From positions 160,001 through 224,000 of the forward strand of contig CBDCCZ010000003.1 of assembly GCA_965215005.1 (NCBI GenBank): DNA of 64,000 nt, written 5' to 3'. This DNA is from Kofleriaceae bacterium. GTDB lineage: Bacteria; Myxococcota_A; Polyangia; Haliangiales; Haliangiaceae. Position numbers and translations under genes: made by a program. Shown piece after piece: positions 39,887-50,748 of the stretch; the stretch's first letter is position 1; each line of letters starts with the position of its first letter. Under the pieces are notes generated by a model that was given only the letters and a program-made list of their open reading frames with translations, had not been told where the DNA came from and made no database searches.

Positions 39887-40813
39887 CTAGCTTGGCCGCG
39901 CGAAGACCGATAGCCGCAGCGCCGCGGTTGGATCGTCTTCGGGAAAATCGAGGCCGCTGGTGCCGCGCCAGAGCGGCTGCAGCGGTATCTCCACGGTTTT
40001 CAGCACGGCACGCTCGAGCTGCTCGTGGCTCTGGCCGCGGTCGTGAAACAAGCACAGCATCCAGCCACCGGGGGTGAGCATTCGCGCAACCAGCGGGGCA
40101 ATCGCTGCGGGGCCGCGACCGCCGGGGCTGTTATCGCTGGCGCGGCCAAAGAACGAGAGCGGCGGCGCGTCGATGATGACGCCATCGAACCGCTGGCGAC
40201 TGGCGCCGAGCTTGCGCAGGTGTTGGTAAAGATTCACGCGCATGAGGCAGCGATCGTCGATCGGCAGCTCGTTGAGCTCGTGATTGGCGCGGCACAGCTC
40301 GAGCGCGCTGGCTTGGGTGTCGACGTGCACCACCTCGCGAGCGCCGCCCACGGCGGCGGCGATCCCAAGGCTGCCGGCAAACGCAAACAGGTTGAGGACC
40401 CGGCGGCTGGCGCTGTTGGCGGTGATCCAGCGGCGCGCCTCGCGCGCGTCGAGAAACAATCCAGGATTGCCGACTCGCCATGGCTCGATGAGAAAGCGCG
40501 CCGACCCTTCTCGAACCACGAGGCGAGCGGCGGGAACCGAGCCGCGTAGGGCATCGGGGGCCGAGCGCCGCGTCTTGCTCAGCACCACGTCGAAGCGCCG
40601 CTGGGTATCGAGCGCCTCGAGCACGCGGGGCAGCGCGGAGGCGGTGTGCGCGCGATAGCCGATCAATACCAGCTCACCGTAGCGATCAATCTCGATGCCG
40701 CGCTCGCCCTCGGTCCAGCCGTGGAACAGTCGATAGGCGGTGGTGTCGCTGTCGTGCAACGCTTGGCGGCGTTGCCAGGCGCTACCGATTGCCTGCTGCC
40801 AATCGACCTCCAC
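39887..40813 (-). CDS. Class I SAM-dependent methyltransferase, RlmI/RlmK-like
   Basis: AYRLFHG, IDRYG, GLFLDAR, VLNLFAFAG, IIDAPP. Confidence 0.85.
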   Translation of the reverse strand: MEVDWQQAIGSAWQRRQALHDSDTTAYRLFHGWTEGERGIEIDRYGELVLIGYRAHTASALPRVLEALDTQRRFDVVLSKTRRSAPDALRGSVPAARLVVREGSARFLIEPWRVGNPGLFLDAREARRWITANSASRRVLNLFAFAGSLGIAAAVGGAREVVHVDTQASALELCRANHELNELPIDDRCLMRVNLYQHLRKLGASRQRFDGVIIDAPPLSFFGRASDNSPGGRGPAAIAPLVARMLTPGGWMLCLFHDRGQSHEQLERAVLKTVEIPLQPLWRGTSGLDFPEDDPTAALRLSVFARPS

Positions 40814-40814
40814 G

Positions 40815-41909
40815 TTAGACGTTGAACAAGAAGTGCAAGACGTCGCCGTCGACGACTTGATACTCCTTGCCCTCGACCCGCAGCTTGCCCGCAGCCTTCA
40901 AAGCCGCTTCGGTGCCGTACTGCTCGAGCGCCTCGATGGTGTAGACCTGGGCGCGGATGAAGCCCTTCTCGAAGTCAGTGTGAATCACCCCGGCTGCCTC
41001 GGGCGCCTTTGCTCCCTTGCGAATCGTCCACGCGCGAATTTCTTTTTCGCCGGCGGTGAAATAGCTCTGCAGGCCGAGCAGCTCATAGCAAGCTCGGATG
41101 AGGGCGTTGAGACTCGGCTCCTGAAGGCCATAGCTCGCGAGTAGCTCCAGCTTATCGGCGGCATCCAGACCGGAGAGCTCTTCTTCGATCTTGCCGCACA
41201 CCACCACCACCCCCGCGCCGACCTTCTCGGCATAGCCGCGAACGGCATCGACGTAGGCGTTGCCCTCCGGCAGATCCTCTTCGCCGACGTTACAGCAGTA
41301 CAAGACCGGCTTGTTGGTGAGCAGCTGGAAGTCGCGCAGCAGCGGCGCTTCGTCGTCGCCAACCTCAACCGTGCGAGCCGATGTTCCTGCCTCGAGATGG
41401 GCTTTGACCCGCTCGACGAGCGCCAGCTCGGCCTTGGCCTCTTTGGCGCCGGTCTTGGCCTGCCCTTGCACCCGTTTGAGGCGCTTTTCGACGGTCTCGA
41501 GGTCAGCAAGCGCCAGCTCGAGCTCGATGACTTCGATATCGCGCATGGGATCGACGCTGCCGTCAACGTGCACGACGTTGGGATCTTCGAAACAGCGCAC
41601 CAACATCAAGATGGCGTTGGTCTCGCGAATGTTGGCCAAGAACTTGTTGCCAAGCCCCTCGCCCTTGGATGCCCCTTTGACGAGGCCGGCGATGTCGACG
41701 ATCTCGACCACCGCGGGGATGATCTTTTGCGTCTTGATGTGCTTTTGAATTCGCTCGAGGCGAGCATCGGGCACCGGCACGATGCCGACATTGGGATCGA
41801 TGGTGCAGAACGGATAGTTCGCACTCTCGGCACCGCCGGCGGTCAAGGCATTGAAGATGGTCGACTTGCCAACGTTGGGCAGACCGACGATTCCGACACT
41901 CAAAGACAT
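40815..41909 (-). CDS. ychF: Redox-regulated ATPase YchF (Obg family)
   Basis: [54 protein letters not shown]. Confidence 0.97.
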   Translation of the reverse strand: MSLSVGIVGLPNVGKSTIFNALTAGGAESANYPFCTIDPNVGIVPVPDARLERIQKHIKTQKIIPAVVEIVDIAGLVKGASKGEGLGNKFLANIRETNAILMLVRCFEDPNVVHVDGSVDPMRDIEVIELELALADLETVEKRLKRVQGQAKTGAKEAKAELALVERVKAHLEAGTSARTVEVGDDEAPLLRDFQLLTNKPVLYCCNVGEEDLPEGNAYVDAVRGYAEKVGAGVVVVCGKIEEELSGLDAADKLELLASYGLQEPSLNALIRACYELLGLQSYFTAGEKEIRAWTIRKGAKAPEAAGVIHTDFEKGFIRAQVYTIEALEQYGTEAALKAAGKLRVEGKEYQVVDGDVLHFLFNV

Positions 41910-41969
41910 ACGCGACTTCCTCGACTGAAATGAGCGAGCACAACCAATGAACTACCGCGAATGGCGCCG

Positions 41970-43250
<1,281 letters not shown>

Positions 43251-43259
43251 GACGTGCTC

Positions 43260-45224
43260 CTACTCGTGCAAGAACGCAGCGGGAACCCGCGGCCCGTTCT
43301 GGATGAAGTTCTTCATGCCGATATCCATATCGACCGTTTGTTTGCAGCGCGCAAAGCCTTCGGCCTCCACTGCCAGCCCTTCGGCGAGCGGTCGAGCGAG
43401 GCCGCGCTGCAAGACGTCTACGACGATGCTGTCAATGGCCACCGAGCGATGACCAAGCTCTACCGCCGGCAGCCTCACCTGCGTCAGCGGCGCCGGATCG
43501 ATCGGCTCGAGCCGCACTGTGCCCGCAATATGTTGCTTGATGAGCGCTTTGGCGGCGGCGACGACCTCCGTAGTGGGCTCGCCGTGAGCCCATCCCCACG
43601 CGCACGCCACCGCGGCGCCGATGGAGCGCGCGGTGCGGATCATCTCCGAGGCGCGCTCGACGCCGATCAAGCGCGGCAATCGCTGGGTGCCGCCGTAGCC
43701 GGGCAAAATGCCGAGGTTGACCTCGGGCTGGCCGAGGACGAGGTTTGGCCCCACGACTCGCGCGTGGCACGCCATGGCCAGCTCGGCGCCGCCGCCGAGG
43801 ACGGGTCCGTCCACGGCCGCCACCACCGGCTTACTGGCATCGGCAATGCGAGCGAAGATCGGGTGCGAGGACAGGCAGATGTCGCGGCAGGCGGCCGCCG
43901 TGGGCAACGCTGCGAGCTCGCCGATATCGGCGCCCGCAAACGAACCGTCGTAGCTGGTCAAGACGATGCCGCGCACCGCTGCGTCGCGATCGAGCTCCGC
44001 GATGGCCTCGCCGACTTCGGCGATGGTGCGCGCCGACAGCGCGTTCTTGACCTCGGGTCGAAACACCGAGACCACGCCGATATCGCCGTCTCGCGCGACC
44101 TTCACGAACCGGCGAAACGAGGTGAGCTTGCCGTCGCGAAGGCTCGCTGGCACCGGAAATCCCGGATGCGCCGCAGCGTAGCTCGTGCACAGCTGGCGAC
44201 ACCGCTCCGCGCCCAGCTCGGCAGCCAAGTCGACCAGGCCGGTGCGAAAGCCGAGCGCCATCTTAGTCATCCAATCGAGCTCCGTGGCCTCGCAGATGTC
44301 CTCGTCGACCACGAAATAGGTGCGGCCGAGCAGCACCGCGAGAATGCGGTCGAGCACCACGTCGCGCAACGCTGCGTCATAGGCGGCCGACTGCGGGTTC
44401 TTGCGATCGTGCCACGGCGCATCGCCTTTCTCCGACAGGATCGCCGGCGGCGCAAACCACTCGGTGCCGGTCGGCGCCTGCCGCATCAGCTCCTGGCAAT
44501 GCACGGTGAGCAGGTTTCCGCGGGTCGCGTCCATTACATTGAATGGGCCGCCGCCGCCGATCGCGTCGTTGACGATGCGGTCGACTTGCGCTGGCGAAGC
44601 GAGGCCCTCGGCGACGATGCGAGCCGCTTCGGAAATGTAGTTGCAAAAGATGTCGTCGGCGGCAAAGCAGGCAACGTCAGCGGTAACCACCGGAACCTTG
44701 CCCAGCTTCTCGAGCGTCGCGAGCATGCGCTGGCCGAGCGCGTCGTCGCCGGAGAAGACCACCTCCACGGGCAGCGAGCGCCACGCGGGAAAGAACGGGT
44801 GATTCACGAAGCAGCGCTCGGGCCGCTTGGCGCTCTTCGCGATATGCGCCCGCGGCAGGCCGGACGTCGCAAACCCGATCAAGCAATCGTCGGCCACCAC
44901 GCCCTCGAGCTCGGCGAGAATGCGTTGTTTGACGGCAAGGTCCTCGGAAGCGGCCTCGAGCACATACTCGCAGTCGGCCAAGTCGCGCAGCTGCAGCGTC
45001 GGAGTGAGCGCCGCTTCGATCGCCGCCGCCGCTTTCGTGGAGAGCTTGCCGCGCGAGACGCCCTTCTGAACATAGCCGCGAATGCGGGCGCAGCCGGCGT
45101 CGAGCGCCTCTTGCTTGATATCTACGAGATAGACCCGAGCTCCGTCTTCGCGGGCCAGAGCCGACAAAAAGCCGTAGGCTAGATCGGGTCCGATGGACCC
45201 GGAGCCGATGACGCCGACGTTCAT
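43260..45224 (-). CDS. 3-hydroxyacyl-CoA dehydrogenase / enoyl-CoA hydratase fusion (HAD first)
   Basis: GVIGSGSIG, EAASEDL..K, NHPFFP; C-terminal AGADI, LGGGAELAMAC, QPEVNLGILPGYGGTQRLPRL; AAGGAG RBS. Confidence 0.9.
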   Translation of the reverse strand: MNVGVIGSGSIGPDLAYGFLSALAREDGARVYLVDIKQEALDAGCARIRGYVQKGVSRGKLSTKAAAAIEAALTPTLQLRDLADCEYVLEAASEDLAVKQRILAELEGVVADDCLIGFATSGLPRAHIAKSAKRPERCFVNHPFFPAWRSLPVEVVFSGDDALGQRMLATLEKLGKVPVVTADVACFAADDIFCNYISEAARIVAEGLASPAQVDRIVNDAIGGGGPFNVMDATRGNLLTVHCQELMRQAPTGTEWFAPPAILSEKGDAPWHDRKNPQSAAYDAALRDVVLDRILAVLLGRTYFVVDEDICEATELDWMTKMALGFRTGLVDLAAELGAERCRQLCTSYAAAHPGFPVPASLRDGKLTSFRRFVKVARDGDIGVVSVFRPEVKNALSARTIAEVGEAIAELDRDAAVRGIVLTSYDGSFAGADIGELAALPTAAACRDICLSSHPIFARIADASKPVVAAVDGPVLGGGAELAMACHARVVGPNLVLGQPEVNLGILPGYGGTQRLPRLIGVERASEMIRTARSIGAAVACAWGWAHGEPTTEVVAAAKALIKQHIAGTVRLEPIDPAPLTQVRLPAVELGHRSVAIDSIVVDVLQRGLARPLAEGLAVEAEGFARCKQTVDMDIGMKNFIQNGPRVPAAFLHE

Positions 45225-45312
45225 TCGCTTTGCTCCTTGCTGATACGCGTCCGATTCGAGACCGGGCACGTTAGACCGATGTGGCTCCTCGAGCCAAGCC
45301 CTTCGTCGGTGG

Positions 45313-45328
45313 AGCGACGCGGGTGCCA
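45313..45328 (-). promoter_or_regulatory. Sigma54 promoter for the HAD-ECH/thiolase operon
   Basis: Minus-strand TGGCACCCGCGTCGCT, GG-N10-GC. Confidence 0.5.
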
Positions 45329-45344
45329 ATTCTATGGATTGGCC

Positions 45345-46727
45345 TCAGCGGCGGATGCGCCCGAGATTGTGTCGATCGAGGAAAGCGCTGATGGTGGCGG
45401 CCTCTTGGGGCGCGGCATTGCGCCGATAGAGGTGGCCGAGGCGGCCCGCGTTGACCTCGGCCCACTGCAAGACGTCGTGATCCAAGGTTCGAAAGCTGGA
45501 GCCTTGGCACGAAGCGGGCAGCATGTCGGCGTCGATTTCCACGCCGGGCAGCGCGATGGGGGCGGCCGGCTGACCAGCAGCAAGCCGCTCGAGATCGATG
45601 CAGTCGGTCAGGTCGCTGGCGGCGCTCGAACGGGCAGTCAACGGCTCGAGGCCATGCACGTTCTCGAGGTGCTTGAGCGCCGACGTGTGATCGTAGACCA
45701 CCGAGCTCACGTAGCCCTGCTTGGTGTATGGGCCGATCACCATCGCTGGAACGCGAAAACCGAGCTGGTCAAAGCCCTGCGCGGCGCGCTCATCGGCGGC
45801 CTTGGGCGGGGGAACATGATCGAAAAAGCCGCCGTTCTCATCATAGGTGACGACGAGCATGCAGCGCTCCCAGTGCGGCGAGGTCGCCAACGCTTGGTAG
45901 ACCGCAGCGATGAGCTGCTGCCCGAGAAGAGGATGGTGCGGCGGGTGGTCGTCGTTGAGGCTAAACGTGGGATCGATATAGACCACCGGCGGCAGCGCGC
46001 CCGCGGCGGCATCGGCAATGAAGGCGTCCATGGTCGGACGCAAGCGCCCCGAAAGCGGAATCCCATCGAGCACCGCTAGCACCGGAAAGTCGCCGTAGTA
46101 GTAGGCCCAGTCGATATCGGCGGCGTTGAGCCGATGGTAGATCGTCGGGAGCCCCTCGAATGCACCATTGAGCACTTCCTGATTGGTCATGGCGCCGTTG
46201 GAAGTCGCTGCATGCCAGTACATGCGGTTTGGCAGCGTGGGGCCCAGGACTGAAGAGAACCAGCGATCGCAGGTGGTATAGGCATCCGCCAACGCCCAGC
46301 TCACCGGCAAATGCTCGCGCAGCATGTACTGCATGGGTTCGATAAGCAGGCTGCCGCCATGCTCCTCTTGATGAGCGATGACGAAGCCGTCATTTTGACC
46401 GGCAGCAAACTGCGTGCGTGAAGCGTCCCAGCCGTGAGGCGGATCGATGACGCACTGCTCGCCGGCCGACGCAGCGAAGATTGGCACTTGGGTACCGTCG
46501 AGCGCGGGGTTGGTCATGCCCTCGCGCAGACCATCGCCCGGTGCGCTCCCGAGCAGCGACCGCGCACCGAAGTAGTGATCGTAGCTGCGGTTCTCCATCA
46601 TCAAGAACACCAGCGTGTCGATGCCAGCGTCGCTATCGTCCGCGTCGCCGCACGCGGTTAATACCTTGGACATGCTGGCCGCCCCCGCCAGTGCCCCCAT
46701 CGCCTTGATGGCGTCGCGTCGATTCAT
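45345..46727 (-). CDS. Phosphoesterase / phospholipase C family, Tat lipoprotein
   Basis: NRRDAIK and LTA-C; MMENRSYDHYFG, GPTLPNR, DDHPPH, TYDENGGFFDHV, GFRVP, YDHTS. Confidence 0.9.
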   Translation of the reverse strand: MNRRDAIKAMGALAGAASMSKVLTACGDADDSDAGIDTLVFLMMENRSYDHYFGARSLLGSAPGDGLREGMTNPALDGTQVPIFAASAGEQCVIDPPHGWDASRTQFAAGQNDGFVIAHQEEHGGSLLIEPMQYMLREHLPVSWALADAYTTCDRWFSSVLGPTLPNRMYWHAATSNGAMTNQEVLNGAFEGLPTIYHRLNAADIDWAYYYGDFPVLAVLDGIPLSGRLRPTMDAFIADAAAGALPPVVYIDPTFSLNDDHPPHHPLLGQQLIAAVYQALATSPHWERCMLVVTYDENGGFFDHVPPPKAADERAAQGFDQLGFRVPAMVIGPYTKQGYVSSVVYDHTSALKHLENVHGLEPLTARSSAASDLTDCIDLERLAAGQPAAPIALPGVEIDADMLPASCQGSSFRTLDHDVLQWAEVNAGRLGHLYRRNAAPQEAATISAFLDRHNLGRIRR

Positions 46728-46834
46728 GCTCCCTCCGCGCGGCTAAGCCGCAAGATGCGCCAAGCATACGCGATTCCTTGGCGTAGTGGTCGGACATGTG
46801 CCACGGCGCCATCGCCGTCACGGGTGGAGCCGCT

Positions 46835-47737
46835 TCAGAAGCGCGTGCCGAGCCATCCCAATACCGTAGCTACGGCGAGACCATAGCTGGTGTAGTGCGA
46901 GAATCCCTTATGACCCGCAAGCGGCAGCACGACGTACTCGACGTCGACCGAAGCGCTCAATAGCGCCGAATCATCTTGCGGCACGAAGAGCTCGTCGAGC
47001 TCGGCCTGCAGCAGCAAGACCGGCACCGTGATGGCGGCGCGCAGCGGCGCCGATTCGTTGTTCAACGCGGAAACGATCTCGCCGCGGGGGACCAGCGAGC
47101 GGGTGCGATTGTCCAAGGCGATGAGCCAGCGAAATGCCCACGGCAAGGCATAGAAGAACTCGCGGCGGAAATCGCTACCGAAATCGAAGTACGGCCCTTG
47201 TAAGAGCCAGGCATTCACGTCGACCGCCAACAGCTCCGGTTGCAGCTGGTTGGTCTGAAATGCGACCACCACGCCATCTACGTCGCCATAGATGCCCGCC
47301 TCGACGATCGCGATGTCGGCGCCTGCCGACGGCCCTAGCAGCACGATCTGCGGGGGCAGAAATCCCAGCGCTCCGCTGCGCACTGCTTGGACGACCTCGT
47401 GCAGGTACCCCGCGCTAGTCGCAAAGCTGAGGCTATCGCCATCGGGACGGCTGGAGGCGCCGTAGCCGACGCGGTCCACCGCCAGCACTCCATAGCCAGC
47501 ATGGGCAATGGCGCGGGCGGCGCGAAACCACGCCACAAAATCGAACACCGCGTGGGTATCCGATGCGCCGTGGACCATCAGCACCAACGGCCGGGTCTCG
47601 CTCTGCCCATAGACGTAGCCGACCATGGTGTTGCCGTCGTCGAGCTCAAACGCGAGCTCCACGGGTGCTCTGCTATGAGCATCCGCCGACGAGATCGACA
47701 CCAGCAGCACCCACGACACCGCGATCCATCGAATCAT
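46835..47737 (-). CDS. Secreted alpha/beta hydrolase
   Basis: Signal peptide, VHGA, DRVGYGAS, GPSAG nucleophile elbow, AGH. Confidence 0.8.
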   Translation of the reverse strand: MIRWIAVSWVLLVSISSADAHSRAPVELAFELDDGNTMVGYVYGQSETRPLVLMVHGASDTHAVFDFVAWFRAARAIAHAGYGVLAVDRVGYGASSRPDGDSLSFATSAGYLHEVVQAVRSGALGFLPPQIVLLGPSAGADIAIVEAGIYGDVDGVVVAFQTNQLQPELLAVDVNAWLLQGPYFDFGSDFRREFFYALPWAFRWLIALDNRTRSLVPRGEIVSALNNESAPLRAAITVPVLLLQAELDELFVPQDDSALLSASVDVEYVVLPLAGHKGFSHYTSYGLAVATVLGWLGTRF

Positions 47738-47874
47738 GCGTTCCTCCTGCGGCACTGCCGCCCCCTCGCCCGCTGTTGCGGCGCTTGCACCATCCTTTCG
47801 AGAATGGCCGCCGAACGCAATCGCTTTATGGGAGCTGCCTCGCCCACACCCGGCGACACCACCCCGAAAGCGAT

Positions 47875-49590
47875 TTACTGCTCGAAGAGCACGCCGCCGA
47901 GCAGCGCGCGCAACTCTTCACCGACGAATGGCTTTTTCAAGATCGCATCGCAAGCGGTGGAACGGCGATCGCTGCGCACCTGCTCGGCATCCCACCCGGT
48001 CATGAGCACGAGCTTGCCCTGATAGCCGATCCGTCGGAGCTCCTCGGCCACATCCAATCCGCTCTTTTCCGGCATGCCGACATCACAGAGAATCACGTCG
48101 AAGTGCTCTCGTGCGGCTAAGCTCAGCGCTTCGCTGGCCGAGGTCACGGTGACCACCTGATGCCCTAGCGGCTCGAGAAAGGCGTTGATGATGAACACGA
48201 CGTCGGGGTCGTCATCGACCGCCAAGAGGCGTTTGGCGCTCTCGGTACCGGCTGGCTCGGGAGGCGTCTTCGCCGGCACGCTGACGGCATCGGCGACTGC
48301 GGCACTGAGCGTGAGCTCAAAGACCGCACCGCCACCCGGGGCGTTGCGAGCCTCCAGGCGGCCACCGAAGTGCTCGAGCGAGGCACGCCCCGCCGCCAGG
48401 CCGATGCCGGCGTGCGAGCCGCCTTTGGTGGAGACGAACGGGCGAAACAGCGAACGCATCACCTCGGGCGCCAAGCCGGGCCCCGTATCAGTGATGAGCA
48501 ACCGAATCAGCCCTTCATCGTCGCGCAGCCGGAGACGCAACGTGCGGCCCGCAGAAGGCATTTCGAGCAGGGCGTCACGGGCGTTGAGCACCAGATTGAG
48601 AATCACCTGATGGAGCAGAGTCGCATCCACCGCCACCGGCGGCACCGGCGGGGTTTGGGCATCGACCTCGATAGACGCTTCCCGGAGAAGCGGCGCGACC
48701 ATCACCAAGATGTCATCGACGATCTCTGCAACGTTGGCCAGCGCTGGCACCTGTCCGCGATCGGCGCGGGCGATGCGTTGCAGCCGGCCAACCAAGTCGC
48801 CAATGGCCCGCGTCGCGCGAGCGATGCGCGGCAACACATCGCTCGCTGCTTCGGGCGAGCGCTCGCCCGCGCTCACCGCCAAGAGCGCAATGCCGGAGAG
48901 GTTGTTGAGGTCGTGCGCCACCGCCGCTGCGAGCTCGCCAACCGCCTTAATTCGCGCGTCGCGCTCGATGGTTGCTTGCGCCTCGAGGAGCTGGGCGTTC
49001 ACGCGCTCGAGCCGCGCCACGTGCATCGCTCGCTCCATGGCGATGCCTAGATGATTCATGAAGGCGCGCAACAAGCCCTCTCCAAACAACGTGTCCGGAA
49101 TCGGTTGCTTGCCGCGATATGAAGACAGGCCGAGCGCGCCGACGGGTTGGCCGCGACTGCCGAGCAGCGGCCCGCAAGCGAATGGGTGGCCGCGCAAGTG
49201 CTCATAGATCACGCGCGGCAGCGCCAACACGCCATCGGGAACCTCGGTGTCGTCGTCCTCGATGATGAACAGCGAGTCCGGATCGGCGATGTTGATCATC
49301 CGGCCCTCGCGGAAGCCGTGGCCGATTGGCTGCCGCATGTCGAGCATGAAGATGGTCGGCATCTCGTCGGTGGTGTCGACGCCGTCAATCATCTCCTTGA
49401 GCGTCAACAGGTGACCATCGTCGTTGAGCTGCGCCATCCACACCGCGGAAAATCCCAGCGCGATAATCTCCCCAACCACCATCTCAACGATCTCTTCAAG
49501 GCTGGCCGTGGATGCGAGCCGCGCGGTGAGCCCAGCGAGGAGCTCGAACGGTGGCAGCGAGGAATGACTGTGCGGGTGCGGCTCGCTCAT
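47875..49590 (-). CDS. Hybrid histidine kinase (GAF-HisKA-HATPase-REC)
   Basis: AVAHDLNN, NLVLNARDA, DTGPG, FVSTK, GIGL; REC VDDD, CDVGMP, KKP. Confidence 0.92.
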   Translation of the reverse strand: MSEPHPHSHSSLPPFELLAGLTARLASTASLEEIVEMVVGEIIALGFSAVWMAQLNDDGHLLTLKEMIDGVDTTDEMPTIFMLDMRQPIGHGFREGRMINIADPDSLFIIEDDDTEVPDGVLALPRVIYEHLRGHPFACGPLLGSRGQPVGALGLSSYRGKQPIPDTLFGEGLLRAFMNHLGIAMERAMHVARLERVNAQLLEAQATIERDARIKAVGELAAAVAHDLNNLSGIALLAVSAGERSPEAASDVLPRIARATRAIGDLVGRLQRIARADRGQVPALANVAEIVDDILVMVAPLLREASIEVDAQTPPVPPVAVDATLLHQVILNLVLNARDALLEMPSAGRTLRLRLRDDEGLIRLLITDTGPGLAPEVMRSLFRPFVSTKGGSHAGIGLAAGRASLEHFGGRLEARNAPGGGAVFELTLSAAVADAVSVPAKTPPEPAGTESAKRLLAVDDDPDVVFIINAFLEPLGHQVVTVTSASEALSLAAREHFDVILCDVGMPEKSGLDVAEELRRIGYQGKLVLMTGWDAEQVRSDRRSTACDAILKKPFVGEELRALLGGVLFEQ

Positions 49591-49647
49591 GGCGCGGATG
49601 ATGGATTGCCGCGCGAGGGGTTGCAAACCCCTACAAGGGGCATTGGC

Positions 49648-49779
49648 TCATGCTTGAATGCCGGTGGGCCAGAGTCGTAAACAGCGTTCGGCCAGCGAGA
49701 AATGATCCTCGAGGCGCACGTCTTCTCCGCCGGCAATAGCGAGAGCGGCAAACCACATAGCGATGACGACGGGGTGCAT
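49648..49779 (-). CDS. Possible 43-aa small secreted protein
   Basis: Signal-like MHPVVIAMWFAALAIAG directly downstream of a sigma54-like motif. Confidence 0.35.
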   Translation of the reverse strand: MHPVVIAMWFAALAIAGGEDVRLEDHFSLAERCLRLWPTGIQA

Positions 49780-49791
49780 GTCGCATTCTTG

Positions 49792-49807
49792 TGCACACGT
49801 CGGGCCA
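49792..49807 (-). promoter_or_regulatory. Sigma54-like promoter
   Basis: Minus-strand TGGCCCGACGTGTGCA, GG-N10-GC. Confidence 0.45.
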
Positions 49808-49980
49808 ATAGGCGACACAAGCGGGAATTCGCGGCAACGACGGGTTCCCTGCGCCGAGGTGTTGCGAAGCAGCGTAAGCGCAGCGGCGAAGCGGGGCCCA
49901 AACACCCCGGCATAGGTGCAATCGGCGCTGGCCTGGCTAACGCTGCGGCCACGCCAGAACGCGCACCCGGCCGTTGCCAA

Positions 49981-50511
49981 TCATCGGCAACGCTCCGACT
50001 TCACGTTGCTGGCGAAGGCGCCGATCACATTGCCGGGCGGATCGTAGTTGCACACCCAAAGCTCGCCGCCGCCACAGCGTGCGACGCCGCAGCCGAGCGA
50101 GCGGGTATTCGCCCATATCAACTGCGTGAAGTGCCCCGTCTTCATGCTGAAGCGGGCTTGGCGATAGCTATAGTCGGCTTTCTCCGCGTACCAAGCCTGG
50201 GTGACGCGGGCGGCGTCGGCACTGCCAACGGGTGCGAAGAACGCCAAATTCTCGCCGTAGCTCTGGCCGGAACTGTGCTCGAAGGCGCAGCCGCGAGCAC
50301 GCAGTTGGTCGGCCCATCGCTGGGCGTGTCGTGCCAACGCGTCTGACCATACCAGTGGCTTGGCGCAGTGGCGTGCACGAGCGCGATTGTGCGCGCGCAG
50401 CATGCCGTCCAGAGGTCCGGCGGCGCGCGGACCACCGGCGCTCACCGTGGCAACGCTGGGGTCGCTTGGCGTGGCCGAGCCGCAAGCCACCGCGAGCAGC
50501 GCCACGAGCAT
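49981..50511 (-). CDS. CAP (SCP/PR-1) domain lipoprotein
   Basis: AHNRAR, L.WS..LA..AQ.WA, GENL, GHFTQLIW, VCNYDPPGN; lipobox AVA-C; start uncertain. Confidence 0.88.
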   Translation of the reverse strand: MLVALLAVACGSATPSDPSVATVSAGGPRAAGPLDGMLRAHNRARARHCAKPLVWSDALARHAQRWADQLRARGCAFEHSSGQSYGENLAFFAPVGSADAARVTQAWYAEKADYSYRQARFSMKTGHFTQLIWANTRSLGCGVARCGGGELWVCNYDPPGNVIGAFASNVKSERCR

Positions 50512-50748
50512 GGCCACAGGCCTGGCGCGATTGTGGGTAAGGAGCTGCAGCAACGATGGAATGGTAGCAGCTCGATGCGCCCTCTCGAGCTCAAAATCCA
50601 GCCTCTTGTATGCACGACGATGTCGGCCACGCGCGCCGCAATTCCCACCTTGCAGCATCACTCCTGCGGGCGATCCTCGACAGGCTCGCGAAGCGATGGT
50701 CCGACGCGTTATGATGAAGCTTGTCGTGTCGATCGGGGGGTTGACGGC

